A DNA stretch of 62,642 nt, filler included, from Chrysochromulina tobinii (Eukaryota): the NCBI GenBank assembly GCA_001275005.1. It is 7 parts of 7 records of this genome, joined end to end, with 100 filler letters (N's around TTAATTAATTAA, not from the genome) between each part and the next. Parts side by side here need not be neighbours in the genome. Positions count along the whole stretch, not along the records: positions 31,824 to 48,638 come from JWZX01001275.1; 6 more parts are not named here. One strand, written 5' to 3'. Made by a program: the position numbers and the translations under genes. Below are positions 33,630 to 44,516 of this stretch, in pieces; position 1 is the stretch's first letter; the number at the start of each line of letters is the position of its first letter. The notes under the pieces are model-generated. The model was not told the origin of the DNA and made no database searches. It saw only the letters and a list, made by a program, of their open reading frames with translations.

Positions 33630-35798
33630 GTGATCGACCTCTTGACGGAACTGGTGGGTGCGAGAGTCCGCAACGCAAGGATAGTCGAGAAAGGGCTCGG
33701 AGCTCGCCTGCGCGCTCGGGTAGGGCACGCAGCCTTAGCGCGCGTACGCGCAGGGTGCGAGGGATGGAGCACCCTCGCGGACCCGTGGTGGCGGTGGACG
33801 TGCCGAGTGGCTACGGTGCCCAGGGGGGGGCGCTTCCGCCAGAGGACTTGTCGCCTTCAGCCGCGGGTTCCCGGGAAGCTGCTCTGCCGGGAATGTGGCC
33901 AGCGCCGCCCGCGGGCCGGCTGCCTGGCTGGCAGCAGGAGCTTGGAGTGCTCGTGGGCCTCGGCGGCCTCGCGCCTGCGCCTGCTCCCGAGGTCCTCATC
34001 CCGGCACCGCCACCGCCTGCCTCACGGGAGGCACGCCAGCGCAAACAGGCCGAGGAGCGCATGATCTGCGGAATGTGGGCGCAGACGGGCTCATGCGCAT
34101 ACGGCTCGCGCTGCCAATTTGCGCACGACCTGAGCCCGGGCCGCGCGCCGAGCAACAACGGCAGCGTCTCCCCGACCGACGAGCAGCGCGCAGGCTCGCC
34201 TGAGGGCTCGCCTGCTGGCACGAGTCCTACTAACAGCTGGCCCACCATTGGCGAGGCAGCGGCGATGACCTTGGGCAAAAAGGCACCAGCCGCGCAGCAA
34301 CCGCAGCCGCCGCCGCCGCCGCCGCAAGCAGCGGCTAGGGGCACGAGCCAACACCTGCGGAGCTCGCCGCTCGCCGTCGGTGCGCAAACGCCCCTGCTGC
34401 GCGCGCTTGCATGAAGGCTGTACATTGCAACAGTACATGGGCGGACAGTCGAGCACTCACCACTGCTTGTGCCGACATCGTGCCGGCCGCATGCATGACG
34501 CGCGCCATACGGCCGTCCTGGTTCCCTCGCGCTGCCTGCACGCTGCACCCTCTGTCCCCTCCCCCGCTCTGACCCATGTGCCGGCCCTTGCTTTGACACT
34601 CCTGTGACCGCAGACGAATTGCCGCCCGGTCCGCTGATCGGCAACCTATCCTCGCAGCAGCATGCACTGCCGGCGTTCAAACCGCCCTCGCCGCCGCAGA
34701 TTATGCAGCAGCCGCCTCCGCCACCGCTGTTACCCGGGCAGCCGCCTCCGCTGCCCCCGCTGCCCCCGCCGCAACAGGCTACTCCTCGGGCCACGCACCC
34801 GCCGCAGTCGCTGCCGCCGCAGCAGCAGCAGCCGCAGCAGCAGCAGCAGCAGCAGCATCAGCTGCTGCCACCTCTGCCGCCGCCACCGCCTCCGCCCCCC
34901 CGCCCCCCCCGCCGCCCTTGCCACAGCAGCCGCTGCAGCCGCCACCTCCACCAACCTCGTTGCCCAACGCGATCGCCACTAGAACGATGACGCCGCCGCC
35001 GCCGCCGCCGCCCCCGCCTCCGCCGCCACCCCCGCAGTACCATGCGGCGCAGCAGATGGCGAGCACTCAATTGACACAGCTACTGACCCCGCAGGCCATG
35101 GCGCAGGTTCAGCAGCTCCTGGCGGCGCAGGCGGCGCAGGCGGCGCACCTGCTGCAGCCGCAACAGATGGCCCAGCAGATGGCGATGCTGCAGCAGATGG
35201 CGCAGCAGATTAACGCCCAGGCGCAGCAGATGACGGCCGCGCAGCAGCTTCTCGCGCAGCAGCTTGCGCAGCAGCTCGCTCAGCAGCAGCAGCAGCAACA
35301 GCAACAGCAGCAGCAGCAGGTTGCGATGGTGCAGCAGCAGCAGCAGCAGCAGCAGCAGGCACAAGCGGCGGCGGTGCAGCAGCTGGCAGCACAGATGGTC
35401 GCTGCCGCCCAGCATCTGCAGCAGCAGTCGCAGCAATCGCAATCGCAGGCACAGACGCAGCAACAGCAGATGGCAGCGGCGGTCGCCGCTGTCCATGCCC
35501 ATCAGCAGCAGCAGCAGCAGCAGCAGACGCAGACGCAGATGCAGACGCAGACGCAGACGCAGACGCAGCAGCAGACGCAGCAGCAGACGCAGCAGCAGCA
35601 GCAACTCGCAGCTCAACAACTCGCAGCTGCGGTGGCGGTAGCAGCGGTGGCACAGCAGCACCAGCAATTGCAGCCGCAGCCGTTGCCGATTCCGGCCAGC
35701 GTGAGCCATCAGGCAGCGGCGCCGCCCCTCTCTTCGGCCCAGCCTCCACAGCCGATGGCGCCGCCGCAGATTCTGCAGCCACACTCGCTTCCGCAGCA

Positions 35799-35851
<53 letters not shown>

Positions 35852-37203
35852 TCACGGCCGCTCTGCCCGGCATGCCGCCCTTGCCACCGGGGCCACCCCC
35901 TTTGGCGATCAAATCGGTGCCGGCGCAGTCGCAGCCGCCGCTGCCTCCTCAGTTGCCTCTGCCTCCGCAGCCGCCGTTGCCACCGTTTTCACAGCAGCAT
36001 TCACAGCAGCATTCACAGCAGCAGCATTCACAGCAGCAGCCACCGCTGCCGCCGCAGCCGCCCCCGCTCTCGCAGCCGCCCCCGCTGCCGCCCACCCCGC
36101 CGCCGCCGCCCACGATGCCGTCCGCTGTCATGGCGTCAACGACGATGATGACCCCGCCGCTGCCGCCCAACCCGCCGCCGCCGCCGCCACGCAACCCCCC
36201 GCTGCCGCCCACGCCCCCTCCGGCGACTTCTCTAGTGGCGCCGCTCCCGATCTATCCTCGGCGGGCGACCACTCCAGCCGTGTCAGTGTCCCCGCCGCAG
36301 CCGCCGCTTCCGCCGCTGCCGCCGTCCAAAACGCCGGCGACAACGCCTGCGGCGACGGCGGGCGTCCTTGCGCAGCCGCTTCCGACGCTGCTCGGCATGC
36401 GAGCGACTCCAACGCAGGGGGCGCTGCCAACGTCCCTTTCGACTGGCTCGATGACGAGCCTGCGGCCGCTCTCGGCTGCAACGTATGACCCGTCCGTGTA
36501 CGCGGCGCCGGTGGCCCTGATGCCGCCCTTGCCGGCTGAGCTTGGCGCAGGCTCGGCCCCGCGCGCAGGGCTGATGACTATCTCGGCGTCACTCGAGGGA
36601 GCGATGCCGCCTGCGCCGCAGGCCGCGCCGCCACCGCCGCCGCAGCCGCCGCCGCCGCCGCAGTCGCGCCCGATTTCGACGCCACCGCCCCTGCCGCCCT
36701 CGCCCCTAGGCAAGGCCGCGTCGCCGCCCCGCGCCGCCGCGGTCACCACCACCCCGCCGGGAGGCGGTGCAGGCGCTACGGCCACGGCTGGCACCGTCAC
36801 ACCGAGCGGCGGGCTGCAGCCGCGTCCCCCCTCTGGACCTCTCCCGACCCCGAGCGCCAAGGGCGCGCTGCCCGCCACTGCGCGTGCGCTCGCGTTCTCG
36901 CCGCTGAGCGCGCTGCTCGGCAACGGCCCTGACGGCGCCCCCGCCGTGCCCGCCGCGCCGACGCCGCCGGGCAAGATCCGGCCGCCGAGTGCTCACAAGC
37001 AGCTAGTGGACGGCGCCCACGGGGCCTGCAAGATTCCTTGGTCGACCCACTGGTCAGAACGGCCTAGCGACGGCGGATCAGCCGCGGAGGAGCTCGCAGG
37101 CCACGAGCTCGCAATGCACGACAGCTTCGGTCTGGAGGATTCGGCACTGCTGCGCGACCTGTCTGCGCTGCTCTGCGACGATCCCAGCCTCGACTTTGAC
37201 TGA
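33630..37203 (+). CDS. CCCH zinc-finger protein with very long polyQ/polyP low-complexity region (intron about 34380-34612; frame breaks in G/C runs)
   Basis: ICGMWAQTGSCAYGSRCQFAH (C-x8-C-x5-C-x3-H) at about 34063-34125; the downstream ORFs 34604 and 34918 are Q/P-rich. The start is uncertain. Confidence 0.65.
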
Positions 37204-38082
37204 AACTTGGATTGGCCTGAAAGGACTTTGCCCCCGCGGCGCCGCGAGAGGCGCCGTGGCATGATGGCCTCATGCTGCATGATGAGATGATGAGAGATGA
37301 TGAGAGGCGCTGTGGGGCGCGCTGAGGGGGGCGCTGCCAGTGCGGGGCCCTAGTACGAAATGGCCTGCTTGATTGCCTACGTTTTGGTGGACATGGACAT
37401 GGGTGCTGTTGCGTTTGCTGTGCTGGCATGATGCAGAGTTTGCATGACGACCTGCTGTTGGACATGATGCGACGAGTGCTGCTAAAACCGCTCTGCGAGG
37501 GTGCGCGCGTGTGCGCGCGTGCGCTCTCGAAGGGTTGAGTCGTGTGTGCGATGATGGCGTGTGCCGGCATGACGAGCGTTGAGCCGAGGACGTGGCGAGC
37601 GAATGGAGATGCGAGGAGACGATGTTGCGTATGTTGAGACGTGAGCGCGAGGAAGGACTAGGATACGGATCGTGTGTGGAGACCGGAGAGTGCACGGTGC
37701 CGTGCTACGTAGTGTGGCGCGTGCGGGAGTTGGAGTACTATTGGAGGAGCTGTTCGTTTTTCCGGATCCGATCGAGGTCGGACGCGTCGTTAATACGTTC
37801 TCGCGGGGTCAGCAATTCCGTGCCATCGGGGATTCCGATCCACCTCGGCCAGGCCAGGCTCCCACCGCGCGACCGCCGGCCGCCGTGCGCCGAGACACGC
37901 GTCCTCCGCGCCCGCGGGCGTGCAGGCGGTGGGGGTTCGTTGCCGCCGAGCGTAACGATTACGATCAATGGGGGCGTCGGGCTCTCTCGGTCTCTGTCAT
38001 CTGCAAAGCGTCGATCGTGTGTGTCATCAGCCAAGGCCCAAGCGTGTAGCGTCAATCAGACAGTGTACCGGTAACTGAATCG

Positions 38083-40896
38083 TCAAAAATTGCGGAAGGG
38101 ATCCTTCCTTCGCGGCTTGCGTCGCAGCCAGCGGGCGAGGACGAGCAGAATGGCAACGATCGAGACCACAGTGAGAGCGAGCTTCGCACGACGGTTGCCG
38201 TGCTGCTCCTCCTCCATCAGCTCGTGCTCAGCTTCCGCGGCCGCCACGGCCGCATCGCTCGCCGCTCGCCCATGAGGGTGAGGCAATAACGACAGGTGGT
38301 GCCCGCCGTGAGGTCTACCGTCTTGAGGGATCGCCAACTTGCCGACATGAGCGTCATGAGGCAACGTCAGCGTGCCGTGCGGCGCCGCCGCGTGCAGCCT
38401 CAACGCGTGCGCCGCCGCGCCCGCCGCACCCACTGCGCCCGCCGCGCCCACCGCGTCCGCCGCGCCCGCCGCCTCGGAAGCCCAGGAGCGTTTCGCGCGC
38501 TCCTCTTCGAAGACTTTTCGGATGGATGCCGTGCGCCGCGCCTCGGCTGCAGCGTCCCGATCGTGAGCCACCTTGGCAGGTGCGTGCAGCCCGCGCCCAG
38601 CCTGCCGCTCCAGCCACTCCGGCACCTTGCCGGGCGCGTACTCGCCTCTGTGATGCTCTGCGACGAGCCGCAGCTCGTCCTGGAGCGACCCGGAGGGTTG
38701 GGGTGCGCGAGAAGGCGAGATGGCGTCGTGGTGTACCGCGCCCGGACCCGCCTGAGCACCCGGCGCATGCAGTGCCCTCGACGTGCGCACGTGCCCGGTG
38801 ATGGGCGCCGGTGCGTGCGAGGGCGAGGTGCTTCGCGCGTGATACCTGTCGGCGAGTGGCTTCGGGGCATGCGAGGGCGAGAGGAGCCCGTGCGCGTGGC
38901 TGATGGCCGGCAAGTGGAAACCGTGAACGGGCGCCACGTCATGGCGTGTGTGCACGGGCGCCAAGTGATCGCCCGGCGCAACATCGGTATGCACGGTCGC
39001 GGGGGCGATTGAGGCGCCAGCCATTCTCTGTGAATGGACGGGAGCGATATCGGTGTGAATGGTGGCGGGGGCTGCGCCGCCTCCAGTGCCCGTCGCCCTG
39101 GCAGTCGCTCTCAAAGCCTCCTCGTCTAGTCCCGCTACCTTGGACACCGATGCCTTCGCCACCGCTGCTGCCTGCTCCGCCGCCGCCGCCGCCGCCTGTT
39201 CCACCGCCGCGCTTGGCGTCCCCAATTGCTGGTTTGTCAACTTGAGAGCCTGCAGGCCGCCCATTGCCTTGGCCAGGCGCGAATCCGCCGCGCTCGCTAC
39301 CACCGCTACGCCCAGCTGCTGCCCTGCCACGCCCGTGGCGGCGCACCTGCAACATGATGAGAGAGGCAATCAGAGGCCATCAGAGGCCATCAGACAGGCA
39401 CGGCTCTAGTGGCGGCGCACCTGCAACATGATGAGAGAGGCAATCAGAGGCCATCAGAGGCCATCAGACAGGCACGGCCCTAGTGGCGGCGCACCTGCAA
39501 AATGATGAGGGAGGCAATCAGAGGCCATCAGAGGCCATCAGACAGGCACGGCTCTAGTGGCGGCGCACCTGCAACATGATGAGGGAGGCAATCAGAGGCC
39601 ATCAGAGGCCATCACGGCTCTAGTGGCGGCGCACCTGCCGCACGCGAGAGGGCACGCGCCGTTCATGAAGCCTTGATTGAGCTCACACTGCTCATCGAGA
39701 GCCCACTGCCAGCACATGGGCTGCGAGTCCTTGCAGCACGCTGCGGCGCTCGCTCCCTCGGGGCACGGCGCCTCGGAAGGGCGGGTCGTCGGCGGGCACG
39801 CGACCGCGGCCGCCGCAGATCCAGGCGCGCAATGGGCAGACGAGTGATAGAACTTGCAGAACCCAGCATTGAGCGTATTCACGACGTAGCGCATGGCCTC
39901 GTGGCGCGGCAAGCCGTTGCCTGCGGGTGGCGGGCCGAAGAATAGGCCCTTACAGCTGAACAGGTCGAGTTTCTGGTACGACATCTTGTTCCAGTTGTAG
40001 CTGCTGTCGATGGTGAAGTCGATGCCATAATGGAGGATGCGGGGTCCTTGACCGCTATCCTGCACTTCGCCCGGGTAGCGCACGATGCCCTGCGTGATGA
40101 TGTGCTCGACGCCGGCGAGCGCGGCACCGAAGGCGTACCCGTACATCTCGGAGATCCACGGCGCCTTGCCAAACTCGACGTACACGTCACCAGTCGGGAT
40201 GTTGTGGGGTATCGAGCCGTTGATCGACCAGTAGCGCTGCGGCTCCAAGCGCACGCGGCCGCAGTACTCGAGCCACAGCGGCGCGATGCGCTTGAGGTCG
40301 TCGCGGTGGAAGATGTGGTACCAGCCTACAGGCTTCGCACGCGGCACCGCCTCTGCCGGCAGGAACTCGGCCGCCATCCCGTTCGAGGTGCCGATCATGT
40401 ACGGGACGTACTCTGAGACGACGACGCCCTTACGGGCGCCGAGCGCGACAGGGTCGATGGGCCGGCGTAGCACCATGTCGGCGTCGATAAAGAGCACAAA
40501 CTCCTCCGAAAAGTTGGCCTCGCGCGAGAAGTGCATCACCGACGCGGGCTTGTTGTAGGAGGCAGACGTGTCATTGTTGAGCGGATTGTGCCGGTAGTTG
40601 GGGTGCACGAACGTTGGGCCGAGGTCAAGGCCCTTGTACTTCTTGAGGTCCTCCTGAGAGCATGCGAGCAGCCGCGTGATGCTGCCGCGCATGCCTGACA
40701 CCCGGAACGACTCGTACACACCCGCCGTGAACCAATCAAACTGCTTATTATTGCACTCCGAAGTGAACACGGTGTGTAAGTTGCGAGAACCACGCCCATG
40801 CGCTTCGTCATCAATTTGCTGGCCATGGCTAGTTGGGCCTAGTAGGTAATCTTGTGCGGAACCGAGCAGGGCGAAGAAGACGAGGGTCACCGTCAT
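38083..40896 (-). CDS. Peptidyl-serine alpha-galactosyltransferase (SGT1/GT96)-like protein + ShK domain + Ala/His-rich stalk + C-terminal TM (intron 39347-39634)
   Basis: LHTVFTSEC..FDW, ITRLLAC, YNKPASV, FIDADM and WISEMYGYAFGAA; ShK CKD...CWQWA...QC..N..FM...CPLACGRC. Splicing joins CGR|CAATGVAG; TM is LALTVVSIVAILLVLA. Confidence 0.85.
39335..39638 (-). repeat. Intron made of four tandem GT...AG units (66/74/74/74 bp), each bounded by the 16-nt exon-junction sequence
   Basis: gtggcggcgcacctgc at 39335, 39409, 39483, 39557 and 39623; each unit holds TGATGGCCTC decamers on the minus strand. Confidence 0.92.
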
Positions 40897-41040
40897 CGGG
40901 GCCGATGACGGCGAATCGCGAAACCCGAGTGCCTGTGGGGAGAGCTCTCATGCGTGGTGAGCACGCACGCGCTCTGGATTTGAAAAGTACAAGACCTTAT
41001 TAGAGAGATCTGGGTCGCTTCTCCTGGCCTTCCACACAGA

Positions 41041-41994
41041 ATGTCGCGCATGCTGGTCGTTGTGTTCGCTCTTCCACTCGTGTCTGCATACAGCCTCAAC
41101 CGCCTGCAGCCCAAACCCTCGCCGATCAGCGGCTTTGCGGTGATACCAGTGCCCATCGACCGGCTCGTCGCACCTGGCCAGCACACAACCATGCACGTGT
41201 ATGACAAGTCCTCGCTGGAGGTGTTCCAGCACGCTCAGGCCTATAGTAACAGCACCTACGGGCAGGTGGTGCTCGATGATTCCGCCATGCGCGAACGGCG
41301 CTTCGCCGTGATGCCCATTGGCTCGCGCATCAAAATCCTTTCAGTACGACCGTCCACTCATGTCGACAAGTTCGGTGGCTCCTCCGCTTCGCTCATGGCC
41401 GAGGTGATCGGCATCGGGCTCCTTGAGCCCGGCGAGGTCGTGCAGAAGATGCCTTTCATGACCGTGCAATGCAAGGACGATGACGGCTTGCTGCTAACGT
41501 CAGAGGACGGCTGCTCGCTTTTGGACGTGGAGGGAGATGCGGCGCTCGCCGCGCTTGAGCAGAGCGCCCTACTTTGCCAAAGCCTGGACGGTGTAGCCAG
41601 CTTCAAAGGCCCTCTAACGCAGGCGAGCGAGCGCGAGGCCGCGGCCACGCCCTTCGCAAGCACCGGCGGCGGCGGCGGCGACGACGGCGCCGCGGCGGTC
41701 GCGGCGACGTCAGCCTGGTCACTCTCCGACTGTGTAGGCCGCGTCCTCCGCCTGCGCGGCTGCCTCGCGCCTGCGGACGATAGCCGACGAACGCTCGCCG
41801 CGCTGGCCGCCACGGCGCATCTGCCCGGCGAGAAGCGCTTCGAGGCGATGAAGCTCACGACGCTGGGCAAGGGCAGCGGGCCTGTGATCGAGTATGTTTC
41901 CGCCGAACTCGCATTCGAAGCGAAGCGACGGCTAGCGCTTAAGGCGATCGGAGGCGCTTTCGAGGGCGCAGAGGGCACCGGGAGCAGTGAATGA
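41041..41994 (+). CDS. Signal-peptide protein with a LON N-terminal substrate-binding-like domain
   Basis: MSRMLVVVFALPLVSA signal; VIPVP..LVAPGQHTTMHVYD and V.GIG...VVQKMPF resemble the LON_substr_bdg pattern. Confidence 0.6.
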   Translation: MSRMLVVVFALPLVSAYSLNRLQPKPSPISGFAVIPVPIDRLVAPGQHTTMHVYDKSSLEVFQHAQAYSNSTYGQVVLDDSAMRERRFAVMPIGSRIKILSVRPSTHVDKFGGSSASLMAEVIGIGLLEPGEVVQKMPFMTVQCKDDDGLLLTSEDGCSLLDVEGDAALAALEQSALLCQSLDGVASFKGPLTQASEREAAATPFASTGGGGGDDGAAAVAATSAWSLSDCVGRVLRLRGCLAPADDSRRTLAALAATAHLPGEKRFEAMKLTTLGKGSGPVIEYVSAELAFEAKRRLALKAIGGAFEGAEGTGSSE

Positions 41995-42313
41995 GGACCA
42001 TAGTTCATGATAGGACGCCCATACTGAGACTTTGAAAAACCTGAGACGAACCGCGAACACACCCGCTCACACAATGACGAGCGGGCCGGTTCGCGGGCTG
42101 AGACGCGCGGCAGACGGCCGGGCTCGCCAGCGGCCGGCGGGCACGCGCCCGCCCCGGCGCACCGCGCATCCGGCGCGCGGCGCCCTCTGAGTGCGTGCGG
42201 CCACATGCGCTTGGATGCAAGAATAACCGGACACGCATTGTCGCTGCTTGCGGCGGCACCCGCGAGATCAAGCGAGATCAAGGCACGACCCCTTGTGCAC
42301 ACCCTCATGCCGC

Positions 42314-43714
42314 CTAGAGTGGCATCCGATTCAGCGAGTAGCGCTGCGTGGCGGAGGCGGCCGCGCGTCCACCTCCCTCAGCGCGCGGAGAATAGTATCC
42401 GGGCCCGGGCGTAGCGGCGGCCGCTTTGGTGACGCCACCCAGGTTGCGCACCGCACGGGACTCGAAGGAGGCCGAGCGGCGCAGCCCTCTCGGCCCCGTC
42501 CGACTTGTGATTGCATCGCGAATGGGTTGCGCGTGCTCATATTGGCCAACTCCCGGAGTCGCGGTCGCCCCTTGAAGCTGGAACGGAAGCTGCGTACGTG
42601 CCGAGGTGGAGGCGAATGAGGAGCGCGCGAGGCTCGAGCGGCGCGGCGAGCCCATGCCATCCTTGCCTTCGTACGCACCCGGCCCGGGAACGTGCAGCCC
42701 TTGCGACTTGAAGCGCGTCGAGCCAGACGAAAATGATGCGGATCGACGCAGCGGCCGCGGCGTCCCTATTTTCAAGGCGTTCGCGACTGCAAACGCGCCG
42801 CGTTGGTAGTGCGCATCCGCGTAGGCATGCGGGCCGTGGCTGAGCGTCGACTTGGGAGCCATTCGTCTCGAGCGGTCCGCGAACGACGCCGAGCGACGCA
42901 CGCCGCTATCACCGATACCTGGGCGCTGCTCTTTATATCCTCCGGGACCTGGCGTGAACACACGAATGTCGGTCAACGGGAGACGTCGCTCAGCAGACGA
43001 CGGTAGCATGCCACTCGTCGCGGAGGCCATCGAGAGCCGCTCCATCCCCTTTCCACCATAGGCGCCTGGGCCCGGCGTGCTGTGGCGCGGGCTGCCGTAG
43101 TGGCCAGACCCAAACCGAGGAGACGTGAAACCCATCGCGGAGGCGCCCTTGGCGGGAGCGCGGCTCACGTCGCCCCTGGTGCCGCGGAAGTCGGCCGCGC
43201 TCGAGTTCTGGTACGCTGTGGGGCCCGGCGTGCCCAGGTCCGTGCCGAATGGAAGCCGACGAGACGAGGAAGAATGGAAGGAGGCGCACTTGCCAGAAGT
43301 GATGGCACCGGCGCTGCGCGACGCGGTCGGATCCGTCGGTGTGTACGCGCCTGGGCCCGGGGTGGGCATTCCGCGCGGGCTCATGCGTGCCGACGTCGAC
43401 ACAAACGCCGCCGACGGCCGCCCTGCGTGCCCTCCGTGAAATCCGCCGACGGGCGTGAAATCTGCCGCCTTGCGGGGTTTTGCGAAGCGATCGACCGACG
43501 AGGCGAACGCAGCAGAGCTCTTGGAGCTCGGCGCGCGAGGGCTCGAAATGGAACGAAAGTGGAGCGGTCCGTCAGCGTAAGTGGCAGGGGAGGGCACAGG
43601 CACATCGCCGTGGACATAAAAAGCGTTCCACGGCAGCTTGCGTGACGACGAGGAAGACGCGAAAACTGCACTCCGAACAGGTGCGTCCCCCGCTTGGGAC
43701 CCCGCCATTGACAT
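42314..43714 (-). CDS. SHIPPO/STPG (sperm-tail PG-rich, ODF3-like) repeat protein, probably flagellar
   Basis: About eight TPGPGAY-like repeats alternating with ASF.S...R motifs. Confidence 0.85.
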   Translation of the reverse strand: MSMAGSQAGDAPVRSAVFASSSSSRKLPWNAFYVHGDVPVPSPATYADGPLHFRSISSPRAPSSKSSAAFASSVDRFAKPRKAADFTPVGGFHGGHAGRPSAAFVSTSARMSPRGMPTPGPGAYTPTDPTASRSAGAITSGKCASFHSSSSRRLPFGTDLGTPGPTAYQNSSAADFRGTRGDVSRAPAKGASAMGFTSPRFGSGHYGSPRHSTPGPGAYGGKGMERLSMASATSGMLPSSAERRLPLTDIRVFTPGPGGYKEQRPGIGDSGVRRSASFADRSRRMAPKSTLSHGPHAYADAHYQRGAFAVANALKIGTPRPLRRSASFSSGSTRFKSQGLHVPGPGAYEGKDGMGSPRRSSLARSSFASTSARTQLPFQLQGATATPGVGQYEHAQPIRDAITSRTGPRGLRRSASFESRAVRNLGGVTKAAAATPGPGYYSPRAEGGGRAAASATQRYSLNRMPL

Positions 43715-43987
43715 ATCGGAGCCGAATCGGCGGAGCGGCGGAATGCACTCGCGGAGACGTTTCAGGCCTTCGAGCAAAATCTCAAGATCCCACAGCCCCG
43801 CGGAAGTGTTTGCTCTTTTTACAGTCTGTTCGGGTTTGATTTCTTGTTGGGGCAGCTGTGGACATTCAGGTTTGGGGCCGCCCCGCACCTGCAATCGGCC
43901 CCTCGCGCAAATTCAACGATTGACGCAGAAGCAAAACGCTGGGGGGGGAAAGCACAATTTCCTGCGTCCTTCGGACTCTCGAGTCTC

Positions 43988-44017
43988 GACTTGACTTGAC
44001 TTGACTTGACTTGACTT
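43988..44017. repeat. (GACTT)6 microsatellite (reverse strand of CAAGT) between divergent ORFs
   Basis: gacttgacttgacttgacttgacttgactt seen directly. Confidence 0.9.
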
Positions 44018-44060
44018 CGCGTTTCGGGTCTTTCATTCGAAGTGGTCTTCTTCGCTGTCC

Positions 44061-44396
44061 ATGCCGCGATACAATTCATTTCGGGAGGACTCGAGTCGAG
44101 AGGACGAGAGCGAAAGCTCTACCAACACCGTTCCCGAGCCGACCTCCAATCCATCACCATCCAAACCATCACCACCACCCAGGTACGACTCCAGCCAGCG
44201 GATGGACAAGGCCATCAGTCTGATGAAGGCTGCCCCGCCACCGACGGCGCAGCCATCGCCACCGGCGCAGCCAGCGCCAGGATCTGCGCCACGGCCGGGT
44301 GTGCCGCCCGCAATCAGCAAGTTCGACTCTAGCCAGCAGCTCGACAAGGCGTTGGCACTTAGCAATCAGGATGTAGTAAGTAATAAGTACAAGTAA
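44061..44396 (+). CDS. Small Pro/Ser-rich hypothetical protein with an internal repeated motif
   Basis: ATG-started ORF; RYDSSQRMDKAISL and KFDSSQQLDKALAL are similar at protein level, which suggests coding constraint. Confidence 0.45.
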   Translation: MPRYNSFREDSSREDESESSTNTVPEPTSNPSPSKPSPPPRYDSSQRMDKAISLMKAAPPPTAQPSPPAQPAPGSAPRPGVPPAISKFDSSQQLDKALALSNQDVVSNKYK

Positions 44397-44516
44397 GTAA
44401 TCGAAGTAAGTACACGCCAGATGGCAGCGTACCCTCAGGTGGCGAGGGTACCCAGGCGTACAGAGCGTGTACGGTGTTCTTAGCAACCAGAGTTGATGTC
44501 CGCACGCGCCTTTTAT

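Noticed and set aside
22480..34925. Programmed frameshifts at about 22495, 33825 and 34900
   Set aside because: All fall in G/C homopolymer or low-complexity runs and are more simply explained as sequencing errors.
39335..39638. CRISPR-like repeat-spacer pattern with a 74-bp period
   Set aside because: The intervening segments are near-identical, not unique spacers; tandem intron units explain it.
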